Source: Tabrizicola sp. (GTDB lineage: Bacteria; Pseudomonadota; Alphaproteobacteria; Rhodobacterales; Rhodobacteraceae). Taken from it: a DNA stretch of 64,000 nucleotides. Below the pieces are notes generated by a model that saw only the letters and a list, made by a program, of their open reading frames with translations, was not told the origin of the DNA and searched no databases. Below are positions 19,172-27,362 of the stretch, piece by piece. The stretch covers positions 84,441 through 148,440 of the forward strand of contig NZ_JALHQD010000007.1 in the NCBI RefSeq assembly GCF_022842145.1. The letters are read 5' to 3'. Both the position numbers and the translations under genes were made by a program. How positions within the stretch are numbered: the first letter of the stretch is position 1; each line of letters opens with the position of its first letter.

Positions 19172-19882
19172 ATGGACGCCGCCGGATATGCGACGCTGAA
19201 CCGCCAGTCGGGCCTGATGCGCGAAATGGGCGTGGTGGCGAACAACATCGCCAACGCCTCCACGACGGGCTTTCGGCGCGAGGGGGTGGTGTTCTCCGAG
19301 TATGTCGCCGCCCTGGACCAGGACCCGTCGCTGTCGATGGCCCATGCCAGCGGTCGCCATGTGGACCTGTCGCAGTCCACCCTCGCGCAAACCGGCGGAC
19401 AGTTCGACTTTGCGATCCAGGGCGAGGGGTTCTTTCTGATCGAAACGCCTCAGGGCGAGCGGTTGACCCGTGCCGGCAGCTTCACGCCCTCGGCCGAGGG
19501 TGAGTTGGTGACGCCGGACGGCTACCGGCTGCTCGACGCCGGAGGCGCACCGATCTTCGTGCCTCCCGATGCGAAGGGCGTGGCCCTGGCGGAGGACGGC
19601 ACGCTGTCGACTGCAGGACAGCCCATCGCGCAGGTGGGGCTCTGGCGGCCCGCCGACCCGCTGTCGCTGCGCCACCAGGCGGGCACGATGTTCGCCGCGG
19701 GCGAGCTGGAGCCTGCCGAGGGCACAACGGTCCTGCAAGGGATGCTGGAGGACAGCAACGTCGAGCCGGTCTCGGAGATCGCGCGGATGATCGAGGTCCA
19801 GCGCGCCTACGAGATGGGACAGAAATTCCTGGATGCCGAGGACGAACGCGTCCGCGGCGTGATCCAGGCACTTGGTCGATAG
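19172..19882 (+). CDS. flgF: flagellar basal-body rod protein FlgF
   Basis: 236 aa. ANNIANASTTGFRRE...GFFLIETPQGERLTRAGSF... and C-terminal IEVQRAYEMGQKFL. Confidence 0.9.
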   Translation: MDAAGYATLNRQSGLMREMGVVANNIANASTTGFRREGVVFSEYVAALDQDPSLSMAHASGRHVDLSQSTLAQTGGQFDFAIQGEGFFLIETPQGERLTRAGSFTPSAEGELVTPDGYRLLDAGGAPIFVPPDAKGVALAEDGTLSTAGQPIAQVGLWRPADPLSLRHQAGTMFAAGELEPAEGTTVLQGMLEDSNVEPVSEIARMIEVQRAYEMGQKFLDAEDERVRGVIQALGR

Positions 19883-19888
19883 GAGGCC

Positions 19889-20677
19889 ATGATGAAGGCT
19901 TTGCAGATCGCTGCAACGGGGATGTCCGCGCAGCAGATGAAGGTTGACGTGGTGTCGAACAACCTCGCGAACATGTCGACCACGGGGTACAACCCACGCC
20001 GCGCGGACTTTGCGGACCTGACCTATCAGCAGATGGCCAGACCCGGCAGCGTGTCGGCGGCGGATGGGTCCATGCTGCCGACCGGTGTGCAGATCGGCCT
20101 CGGCGTGCGGCCCGCTTCCGTCTCCATCGTGGTCGGGCAGGGCACTCTGGACGCTACGGGCGGCGACCTTGACGTTGCCATCGACGGCAATGGCTACATC
20201 GAAGTGCAGATGCCGTCAGGTCAGGTTGGCTACACCCGCGATGGGGCGCTGAAGCGGTCGGCCGAAGGGCTGATCGTGACCTCGGACGGCTATCCGGTGG
20301 TGCCGGGCATCACGATTCCGGATGACGCGCGTGGCCTGACGATCTCGCCGTCGGGCGAAGTCTGGGCCGATTTCGCGGACCGCGTGGACCCCGAGCTGAT
20401 CGGGCAGCTGACCCTGTCATCGTTTCCGAACGAGAAGGGGCTGGAAGCAATCGGATCAAACCTGTTCCTGGAAAGCCCGGCCTCGGGTGCGGCCTCCTCG
20501 GGTGCGCCGGGGCAGGAGGGGCTGGGGACTTTGCGGCACGGCTATCTTGAAAGCAGTTCGGTCGACGCGGTGCGCGAGGTGACCGAACTGATCAAGGCGC
20601 AGCGCGGCTACGAGCTGAACGCCAAGGTGATCACAGCGGCCGACCAGATGCTGGCCGCCACGACGCAGGTGCGCTGA
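19889..20677 (+). CDS. flgG: flagellar basal-body distal rod protein FlgG
   Basis: 262 aa. SNNLANMSTTGY...GYIEVQMPSGQVGYTRDGALK...LIKAQRGYELNAKVI. Confidence 0.95.
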   Translation: MMKALQIAATGMSAQQMKVDVVSNNLANMSTTGYNPRRADFADLTYQQMARPGSVSAADGSMLPTGVQIGLGVRPASVSIVVGQGTLDATGGDLDVAIDGNGYIEVQMPSGQVGYTRDGALKRSAEGLIVTSDGYPVVPGITIPDDARGLTISPSGEVWADFADRVDPELIGQLTLSSFPNEKGLEAIGSNLFLESPASGAASSGAPGQEGLGTLRHGYLESSSVDAVREVTELIKAQRGYELNAKVITAADQMLAATTQVR

Positions 20678-21096
20678 TGCTGAAGGTCATGCTGCTTGTC
20701 GCGCTGGCGACCCCGGTCTCTGCCGAAAGTCTGGTCGCCACGCGGACGATCCGCGCCAAGTCGGTTGTCGCGCCCGAGGACCTTGTCCTGGTCAGCGCAG
20801 CCCTTCCCGGGGCGCTGAGCGACCCCGGCCAGGCTGTGGGGCTTGAGGCACGCGTTGCGATCTATGCCGGAAAGCCGATCCGCGCGGGGGACCTTGGTCC
20901 ACCGACGCTGGTCGAACGCAACCAGCTGGTGACGCTGGTCTTCCTGTCCGGAGGGCTGGCGATTTCCACCGAAGGGCGAGCGCTGGCGCGAGGGGCGGAG
21001 GGTGAGGAAATCCGGGTGATGAACCTCGGCTCACGCAACACGGTCATGGGGCGGATTGGCCCGGACGGAGCAGTCTATGTCGGATGGAATGGATAA
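20677..21096 (+). CDS. flgA: flagellar P-ring assembly chaperone FlgA
   Basis: 139 aa with a signal peptide and a SAF-like domain (IRAGDLGPPTLVERNQLVTLVF...IRVMNLGS). Located between flgG and flgH. Confidence 0.8.
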   Translation: MLKVMLLVALATPVSAESLVATRTIRAKSVVAPEDLVLVSAALPGALSDPGQAVGLEARVAIYAGKPIRAGDLGPPTLVERNQLVTLVFLSGGLAISTEGRALARGAEGEEIRVMNLGSRNTVMGRIGPDGAVYVGWNG

Positions 21097-21823
21097 GATG
21101 ATGATGCGGTCCTGCATGATTTTTACGCTGGCTCTGGCCGGTTGCGGCAAGCTGGAACAGGTCGGGCGGGCACCCGACTTTTCGGGTCTGGAAGGCTCGG
21201 GGCAGCACTATGCGATGTATTCCGCCACGATGCCGGACGACGCGCCGCCGGCAACGGCGACGGACGGCTCATCGCTGTGGACCGGGGAGACCCAGTCACT
21301 CTTTGGCGACCGGCGTGCGGCGAAACGCGGGGACATCCTGACCGTCGTCATCGAGATCGACGACAGTGCCTCGATTTCGAACTCCACCGGTCGCAGCCGC
21401 AGTGGCGAGCAAAGCGGCGGCATTCCCGATCTGCTTGGCATTCCGCAGCGGCTCAACGAAAGCCTGCCCGAGGGCGCCAGCATGGGAGACGCATTCGACA
21501 TGGATTCGTCGTCCAGCTTCAAGGGCCAGGGCTCGGTTTCCCGGAACGAAGAGCTGACCTTGCGGGTCGCGGTGACCGTGGTCGAGGAACTGCCGAACGG
21601 CGTCCTGAAGATCGAAGGCCAGCAGGAGGTACGGGTGAACTTCGAGATGCGCGAGCTGATCGTGACCGGTTACGTCCGTCCCACCGACATCTCGCGGCAA
21701 AACGAGATCACCTATGACAAGATCGCCGGAGCGCGGATCGCCTATGGCGGGCGCGGCCAGATTACGGACGTGCAGCAGCCGACCTACGGCCAGCAGGTCG
21801 CCGATATCGTGATGCCGTTCTGA
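21077..21823 (+). CDS. flgH: flagellar L-ring lipoprotein FlgH
   Basis: Lipobox LALAGC. SLWTGETQSLFGDRRAAKRGDILTVVIEIDD...ELIVTGYVRPTDI. The start is uncertain (21056, 21077 or 21098); GGAG precedes 21077. Confidence 0.9.
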   Translation: MSDGMDKMMMRSCMIFTLALAGCGKLEQVGRAPDFSGLEGSGQHYAMYSATMPDDAPPATATDGSSLWTGETQSLFGDRRAAKRGDILTVVIEIDDSASISNSTGRSRSGEQSGGIPDLLGIPQRLNESLPEGASMGDAFDMDSSSSFKGQGSVSRNEELTLRVAVTVVEELPNGVLKIEGQQEVRVNFEMRELIVTGYVRPTDISRQNEITYDKIAGARIAYGGRGQITDVQQPTYGQQVADIVMPF

Positions 21824-21825
21824 TC

Positions 21826-22332
21826 ATGCTGGGCAAACTGCTTCCCATCCTCCTTGCGCTGATCGGTCTGGGCGGAGGCGTCGGTGCCGGTCTTTTCCTG
21901 CGCCCCGCCCCAACTCCCGAGGACCATGCCGTGGCGTCGGGGTCCGAACCTGACGCCGCGGGCGATCACGCCGAAGCTGAGAGCGAGGGTGAAGAGGCGG
22001 CAGAGAACGCGCCGGACTATGTGAAGCTGAACAACCAGTTCGTCGTTCCGGTTGTCGAGAAGGGCCGGGTGGCCGCTCTGGTGGTCCTGTCGCTGTCGCT
22101 GGAGGTCGCCCCGGGGAACACGGAGGCGGTCTATCTGCGCGAACCAAAGCTGCGGGACGTCTTCCTGCAGGTGATGTTCGACCACTCCAACACTGGCGGG
22201 TTTTCGGGCTCGTTCACCGACGGGTCCAATCTTGTTGTCCTGCGGACCAGTCTGAAAGAGGCCGCCGCACAGGTGCTTGGTCCGGTGATCAGCGACGTCC
22301 TGATTACCGATATCGCGCGTCAGGACAGCTGA
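21826..22332 (+). CDS. fliL: flagellar basal body-associated protein FliL
   Basis: 168 aa. One N-terminal TM helix, then YVKLNNQFVVPVVEKGRVAALVVLSLSLEV...LRDVFLQVMF. Confidence 0.85.
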   Translation: MLGKLLPILLALIGLGGGVGAGLFLRPAPTPEDHAVASGSEPDAAGDHAEAESEGEEAAENAPDYVKLNNQFVVPVVEKGRVAALVVLSLSLEVAPGNTEAVYLREPKLRDVFLQVMFDHSNTGGFSGSFTDGSNLVVLRTSLKEAAAQVLGPVISDVLITDIARQDS

Positions 22333-22335
22333 CAG

Positions 22336-22677
22336 TCACCGCTTTTCCTTCAGCCGCGTGGCCAGACCCTGCAGGGCCTGCACGCGGCCGAAGGCTGTCT
22401 GCGCCTCGCCACGGGCCTCCATCCAGGCAACGGTCTGGCGGGCGATCACCAGGTTAAGCTCGGCTCGGCGCTGGTCGGCCCAGCGGCTGTAGGTCAGCGA
22501 CACCTTTTCAGCTGCCAAGGGCTCCAGATCCGTCGGCGTGGTCTTTTGATCAAGCGCCGCGATCTGCATCCGGCTGCGATCCAGCTCGGCCGCGGTACTG
22601 CGCAGTTGGCTCAGGCGATGGTCGAGCACCAATTGAGCCAAGTCTGCCATGCGGGCTATCTCGGAAGCCTTGGTCAT
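22336..22677 (-). CDS. coiled-coil protein, possible FliJ-like export component
   Basis: 113 aa, all-helical heptad-like sequence. ATGA overlap with the flhB stop. No strong family motif, so the call rests on position and composition. Confidence 0.45.
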   Translation of the reverse strand: MTKASEIARMADLAQLVLDHRLSQLRSTAAELDRSRMQIAALDQKTTPTDLEPLAAEKVSLTYSRWADQRRAELNLVIARQTVAWMEARGEAQTAFGRVQALQGLATRLKEKR

Positions 22678-23753
22678 TTCCGACGCGCCCGTTTGCGCAT
22701 GGCTTCTGCGAACCGGATCGCGGCGGCGACAGCCCGATACTGCTCGGCGCGGATTTCCTGTCCAATCTCGACCGTTGCATGGATTGCCCGGGCAGTCGGC
22801 GGATCGCTGTGGATCGGCACGCCATGTTCCGCGGCACGCTCGCGAATCGTGCGGGCGATTTCATCGACACCTTTGGCGACGCAGATCGGGGCGCCTCCCT
22901 TGGAGCGATCCCATTTCAAGGCCACGGCGTAGTGGGTCGGGTTCACAACCACCACGTTTGCCGTCGCGACGTCAGTGAGCATCCGGTTCGTCGCGACCTC
23001 TTGCGCACGCTGGCGCCGGGCCGATTTCTGGTGAGGATCGCCCTCGCTTTCCTTGTACTCATCCATCATCTCCTTTCGTGACATGCGCAGGCGCTGGCGG
23101 TGCTGATGGATCTGCCAGAGAAAATCCACCCCGCCGATGACCAGCTGGACCAGGAAGACGATGAACAGAAAGTGCAAGGTCAGTCGCGCCATCAGCGCGC
23201 CGGACATCGCCGGGGTAAGGTAGAGGCTGGCCAGGATCTCCTCGAGCCGTGCGGCCAGGAAGTAGTAGAGGATGATCGAGACGAGGCAGAGCTTTATTGC
23301 GCTTTTGGCAAAGTCCACCAATCCCTCGATGCCGAACTTTTGGCCGGCCGTCGCGATGGGCGAGATCCGCGACAGCTTGGGTGCCAGCTTGGTGGGGGCG
23401 ACGACAAAGCCGCGCGTTGCCACCAGAAGCGCCAGAACCAGCAGGGGTGCCAGCACCAGAAGGGCCAGTGGCGGTCCGGCGGCTGCCAAAAGGATGCCCG
23501 CAACCGGGCCGCTTCCCCCGGCCGTCAGAAGCGTGGACAGCCGGTCCGCCTGGTCCAGAAGTACCATTCCGGCCGTGCCCGCGCGTTCGATTGCCCAAGC
23601 ACCGAAACTGAAGACCGCAAGCAGGAAGCCACCTGTCGCAACGGCGGTCTGCAGATCAACCGACTTCGGAATGTCCCCGTCCGTGCGGGCCCGGTCAATC
23701 TTCTGCTGTGATGCCTCGTGTTCCTTGTCGCCGTCGTCTTCCTGACCGCTCAT
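22674..23753 (-). CDS. flhB: flagellar export switch protein FlhB
   Basis: 359 aa. N-terminal ...EASQQKIDRARTDGDIPKSVDL, four TM helices, and the NPTH autocleavage site (VVVNPTHYAVAL). Confidence 0.95.
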   Translation of the reverse strand: MSGQEDDGDKEHEASQQKIDRARTDGDIPKSVDLQTAVATGGFLLAVFSFGAWAIERAGTAGMVLLDQADRLSTLLTAGGSGPVAGILLAAAGPPLALLVLAPLLVLALLVATRGFVVAPTKLAPKLSRISPIATAGQKFGIEGLVDFAKSAIKLCLVSIILYYFLAARLEEILASLYLTPAMSGALMARLTLHFLFIVFLVQLVIGGVDFLWQIHQHRQRLRMSRKEMMDEYKESEGDPHQKSARRQRAQEVATNRMLTDVATANVVVVNPTHYAVALKWDRSKGGAPICVAKGVDEIARTIRERAAEHGVPIHSDPPTARAIHATVEIGQEIRAEQYRAVAAAIRFAEAMRKRARRK

Positions 23754-24532
23754 GGGGACACCGCGAAGGGTTGCTCCAGATGGGTCATGAAGGCGTCAAG
23801 CCAGACGGCCAGGAGCACGGGCGTGGCAACCGCGAGCAAAGCGAGACCGCCCAAGGTCAGCGCTGGCGCGCCGACCATCGATACCATCAGCGTCGGCATG
23901 GCCCGGTTGATGGCCCCGAGCGCAAGGTTGTAGATCAGAGAAGCGATGACGAAGGGTGCCGCCAGGGAAAAGGCCAGGCTGAAGGTGCGGCTGATCAACA
24001 ACAGACCCCAATCGGCTGCTCCGGCGGCCGAATGGTGCACGCCCGCGGGCAGGATGTCATAAGACAAAAGCACAAGCTCGGCGGCCCTGACATGAAGTCC
24101 GGCCGCCATTGCCAGCGCAATCCCGGCGATGATCAGCAGGTTCCCGATGGCCGGTTGCGGTTCGGGTGCGACACCCGAGAAAAGCTGCGACAGAGTCGTC
24201 GCCTGTGCGATCATCGCGGCTGCGGTCTGAAGCGAGGCGATGAAGAGCCGCATCCCGATCCCCAGGATCAACCCCGCGACGGCCTCGCCGCCCAGGGCCA
24301 GGAAGGAGGGCGGGACCCCGGACGCGCTGATGCGTTCGGCCAACAGCGGTGTGACGACAAGCGTGAAGGCGACGACCACGGCAAGCTTGATACGCTGCGG
24401 AACCGCAGGATCGCCAAAGCCCGGCATCAGCGCGACCACGGCACCGATCCGGACAAAGGCCAGAGCCGCCGCCCAGGCAATACTTTCCGCCAGCCCGAGA
24501 AGTCCGGACAGATCAGCGACCAGCTGATTCAC
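23750..24532 (-). CDS. fliR: flagellar export apparatus protein FliR
   Basis: 260 aa polytopic membrane protein between flhA and flhB, with start/stop overlaps on both sides. Confidence 0.9.
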   Translation of the reverse strand: MNQLVADLSGLLGLAESIAWAAALAFVRIGAVVALMPGFGDPAVPQRIKLAVVVAFTLVVTPLLAERISASGVPPSFLALGGEAVAGLILGIGMRLFIASLQTAAAMIAQATTLSQLFSGVAPEPQPAIGNLLIIAGIALAMAAGLHVRAAELVLLSYDILPAGVHHSAAGAADWGLLLISRTFSLAFSLAAPFVIASLIYNLALGAINRAMPTLMVSMVGAPALTLGGLALLAVATPVLLAVWLDAFMTHLEQPFAVSP

Positions 24533-26601
24533 GCCGGCACCTGCCCGATCAGGGCCGGGCGGGCTTCGGTTCCGATCTCTTCATAGGAGAGGACCGGCAT
24601 GTGGAGGCCTTTGGCGTTGACAACCGTTCGCAGAAAGCGCCGACGCCCGACCGAAGTGACAAGAGCGGGGTAAACGCCGTTCTCGGCGGCGCGGTTCACC
24701 CGTTCGGTCAGGCCGTTGGCAAGCCGGGCGAAGACCTCCGGCGGAAGGGCCACGTCCCGCTGCCCCCGCTCGCCATCGATCTGGTAAGTCGAGAAGGCCC
24801 GTTCCCACTCGGGCGCCAGCTGGATCAGGGGGACCGAACCATCGGAGCGTTTAAGCTCGGCGAGGATCTGGAAGCCCAGGCGCTGGCGCACATGCTCGCA
24901 GATCGCTTCGGGTGTGCCATATTGGCGCGCTTCTGCCACCGCTTCCAGAATGAGGGGAAGGTTCCGGATCGAAACGCGTTCGTCCAGAAGAAGGCGCAAG
25001 ACGGCGTGAAGAAGATCGATCGGAACCTTGTCCGGGATCAGTTCATCGAGGAGACGCCGGTTCGCCTCGGCCCGGGAAGGATCGGAGAGCTTGACGAATT
25101 CGTCCAGCAGTCGCCGCAGGCCGCGCAGGGTAAGGAGCCGCGCCAGGTTGGACTTCAGGACCTCAAGCAGATGGGTCGCCAGCACTTCGGTGGGCGACAC
25201 CACAGTCAGCCCGGACAACGCGGCGTCCTCCTGCTGGTCCGGGCGGATCCATCGCGCCGGAGCGCCGTAGACCGGTTCCCGAGCATCCAGGCCGTCGGGC
25301 GCCGGTGTCCCGTCGGTGAGAAGGACCAGAACCCGGTCGGGGTAAAGCCGATCCGCGACCCGTTCGACGCCCTGAAGCCGGATGCGGTACTGCCCCGGCG
25401 GCAGAGCCCCTTCGTCGGTCAGCCGGATCTCGGGCAGGATGAAGCCGTAGGCCGTCGCGACATGGTTGCGCATGTTGGCGATGCGGCTGTCCAGCCCGGT
25501 GGCCGGATCAAGCACCATCGCCACCAGGTTCGGAGCGAACTCGATGTGGATGTCGTCGAAGTCCAGGACATCGCCAATCGAGCGCGGCACCGGTGCCTCA
25601 AGGGTCGGAAGAGGAGGGGGCACGGGCTGAGACGCACGGCGGGACTGGACGAAGGCCATCGCGCCAAGCCCCAGCGCGGAAAGCATGAAGGGCAGGAACG
25701 GCATCCCGGGAACCAGCGCGAACAGCGCCATCAGCGCAGCCACCGTTCCAAGTGCACCAGGATAGCGGCCGAGCTGCGCAAAGAACGAGACGTCCGCGGC
25801 GCCCTTCTCGCTACCCTTGGCAAGAAGAAGTGCGGCGGCGACCGAGATGATAACCGCGGGGATCTGGCCGACAAGACCGTCCCCGACGGTCAGGATCGTA
25901 TAGGTCTCGAAGGCCGTGGCAGTATCGAGGCCATGGACGAAAATGCCGACGATGAGACCCACCACGATGTTCAGCATGGTGATCAGAAGGCCGGCAATCG
26001 CATCCCCCTTCACGAACTTCGAAGCACCATCGAGCGACCCGAAGAAGTTGGTCTCGGCCAATTCCTGTTCGCGCCGCCGCTTTGCTTCGTCGTGGTCGAT
26101 CGCGCCGGCAGAAAGGTCCGCATCGATCGCCATCTGGCGTCCGGGCATCCCGTCCAGGGCAAAACGTGCGCCGACCTCAGCCATGCGGCCTGCGCCCTTG
26201 GTGATGACGATGAAGTTCACGATCAGGAGCACGATGAAGATCACCAGGCCCAGGATCAGGTTGCCGTCCATGATGAAGTTGGCAAATCCCTCGATCACGT
26301 GACCGGCGGCGTCTGTGCCGGTGTGGCCCTGCCCGATGATCAGCTTGGTCGACGAGACGTTCAGGGAAAGCCGCAGCAGGAGCGATGCCAGCAGGATTGT
26401 GGGGAAGGCCGAAAAATCCAGCGGGCGGTCGATGAAAAGCGTGACCGTAAGCATCAGGATCGCCAGTGCGAAGGAGATGGCAAGTCCGAGGTCCAGCAAC
26501 CACGGCGGCACCGGCAGGATCATCATGACGATGACAGCCATCAGGCCGATGGCCAGCAGGATCGTGGGGCGGAAGACCGCTGCGGAAAATCCCTTGATCA
26601 T
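24529..26601 (-). CDS. flhA: flagellar export gate protein FlhA
   Basis: 690 aa from the ATG at 26601 (MIKGFSAAVFRPTILLAIGL...). ...FVKGDAIAGLLI... and the conserved cytoplasmic domain. The 771-aa ORF start is an upstream extension. Confidence 0.95.
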   Translation of the reverse strand: MIKGFSAAVFRPTILLAIGLMAVIVMMILPVPPWLLDLGLAISFALAILMLTVTLFIDRPLDFSAFPTILLASLLLRLSLNVSSTKLIIGQGHTGTDAAGHVIEGFANFIMDGNLILGLVIFIVLLIVNFIVITKGAGRMAEVGARFALDGMPGRQMAIDADLSAGAIDHDEAKRRREQELAETNFFGSLDGASKFVKGDAIAGLLITMLNIVVGLIVGIFVHGLDTATAFETYTILTVGDGLVGQIPAVIISVAAALLLAKGSEKGAADVSFFAQLGRYPGALGTVAALMALFALVPGMPFLPFMLSALGLGAMAFVQSRRASQPVPPPLPTLEAPVPRSIGDVLDFDDIHIEFAPNLVAMVLDPATGLDSRIANMRNHVATAYGFILPEIRLTDEGALPPGQYRIRLQGVERVADRLYPDRVLVLLTDGTPAPDGLDAREPVYGAPARWIRPDQQEDAALSGLTVVSPTEVLATHLLEVLKSNLARLLTLRGLRRLLDEFVKLSDPSRAEANRRLLDELIPDKVPIDLLHAVLRLLLDERVSIRNLPLILEAVAEARQYGTPEAICEHVRQRLGFQILAELKRSDGSVPLIQLAPEWERAFSTYQIDGERGQRDVALPPEVFARLANGLTERVNRAAENGVYPALVTSVGRRRFLRTVVNAKGLHMPVLSYEEIGTEARPALIGQVPA

Positions 26602-27284
26602 GTGCCTGGTGCCCCGATCAGGCGGATTCCCCCGGAACTTGCCGGGACAAGGGAGCCTCGCGATCCGCCAGACCCGGCAACCAGCAGGGGAAACCGGTTC
26701 TCGCGTGCGTGCAAATCGGGCTCCGCGCCGTGGGTTACAGGGGACGTGGCGTCCAGATCGGCATATGCCCTTTCGAACTTGGCCCGGTACGCCGAGGCGT
26801 ATTCCGGCGTGGCCGAATGATAGGCCGCCGCAGCAAGCGCCCAATCTCCGGTCTGCGCATAGTGCTGCGCCAGGTATTCTGCCGCGTAGGTGGCGTTCTG
26901 GGCGGGATCCAGCATGTCGGCGACCGAGGCAAAGCCTTCGGCGTGCCAGCGATAGTTCAGCTGAAAGCAGCCAAGGTCGACGTTGGTGGCCCCTTGGCCA
27001 AGTGCCTCGGTCACGTCCTCCGCGGCTTCGGCCGCGCTGTCATACCAGCGGCCATCGCCGCCGAAGTTCACCGTCCAAGGCCACGGACGGCCTTGCCGCC
27101 CGGTTTCGACCGTGGCGATGGCTTGAAGCACGGCAAAGGGTACTCCAGTCCGCTCTGCGGCATTGGTGGCAGCCTGCAGGCAAAGCTCCGACGGGTCTTC
27201 GCGCGCCTCGGCGACAGCAGCGGACAAAAGGGACGCCAATGCTGCCAAGAGCGGGAAGTCGGGTATCGAACGTCTGCGGTGCAT
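26598..27284 (-). CDS. flagellar lytic transglycosylase (SltF-like)
   Basis: Signal peptide, then a goose-lysozyme/Slt-type core (VPFAVLQAIATVETG...NVDLGCFQLNYRWH). Its stop overlaps the flhA start (ATGA). Start at ATG 27284 or GTG 27296. Confidence 0.8.
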   Translation of the reverse strand: MHRRRSIPDFPLLAALASLLSAAVAEAREDPSELCLQAATNAAERTGVPFAVLQAIATVETGRQGRPWPWTVNFGGDGRWYDSAAEAAEDVTEALGQGATNVDLGCFQLNYRWHAEGFASVADMLDPAQNATYAAEYLAQHYAQTGDWALAAAAYHSATPEYASAYRAKFERAYADLDATSPVTHGAEPDLHARENRFPLLVAGSGGSRGSLVPASSGGIRLIGAPGT

Positions 27285-27362
27285 GTCTCGCTCCACCCTC
27301 CGCGTTCTGCGAAGGCTCGGGAGCCAGACTATTCGGCGAATCTTTCTGCGAAGTTACCGCCG

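Noticed and set aside
24601-26820. 739-aa plus-strand ORF antisense to flhA
   Set aside because: It is an Arg/Asp/Gln/His-rich shadow frame, and FlhA on the minus strand is unambiguous.
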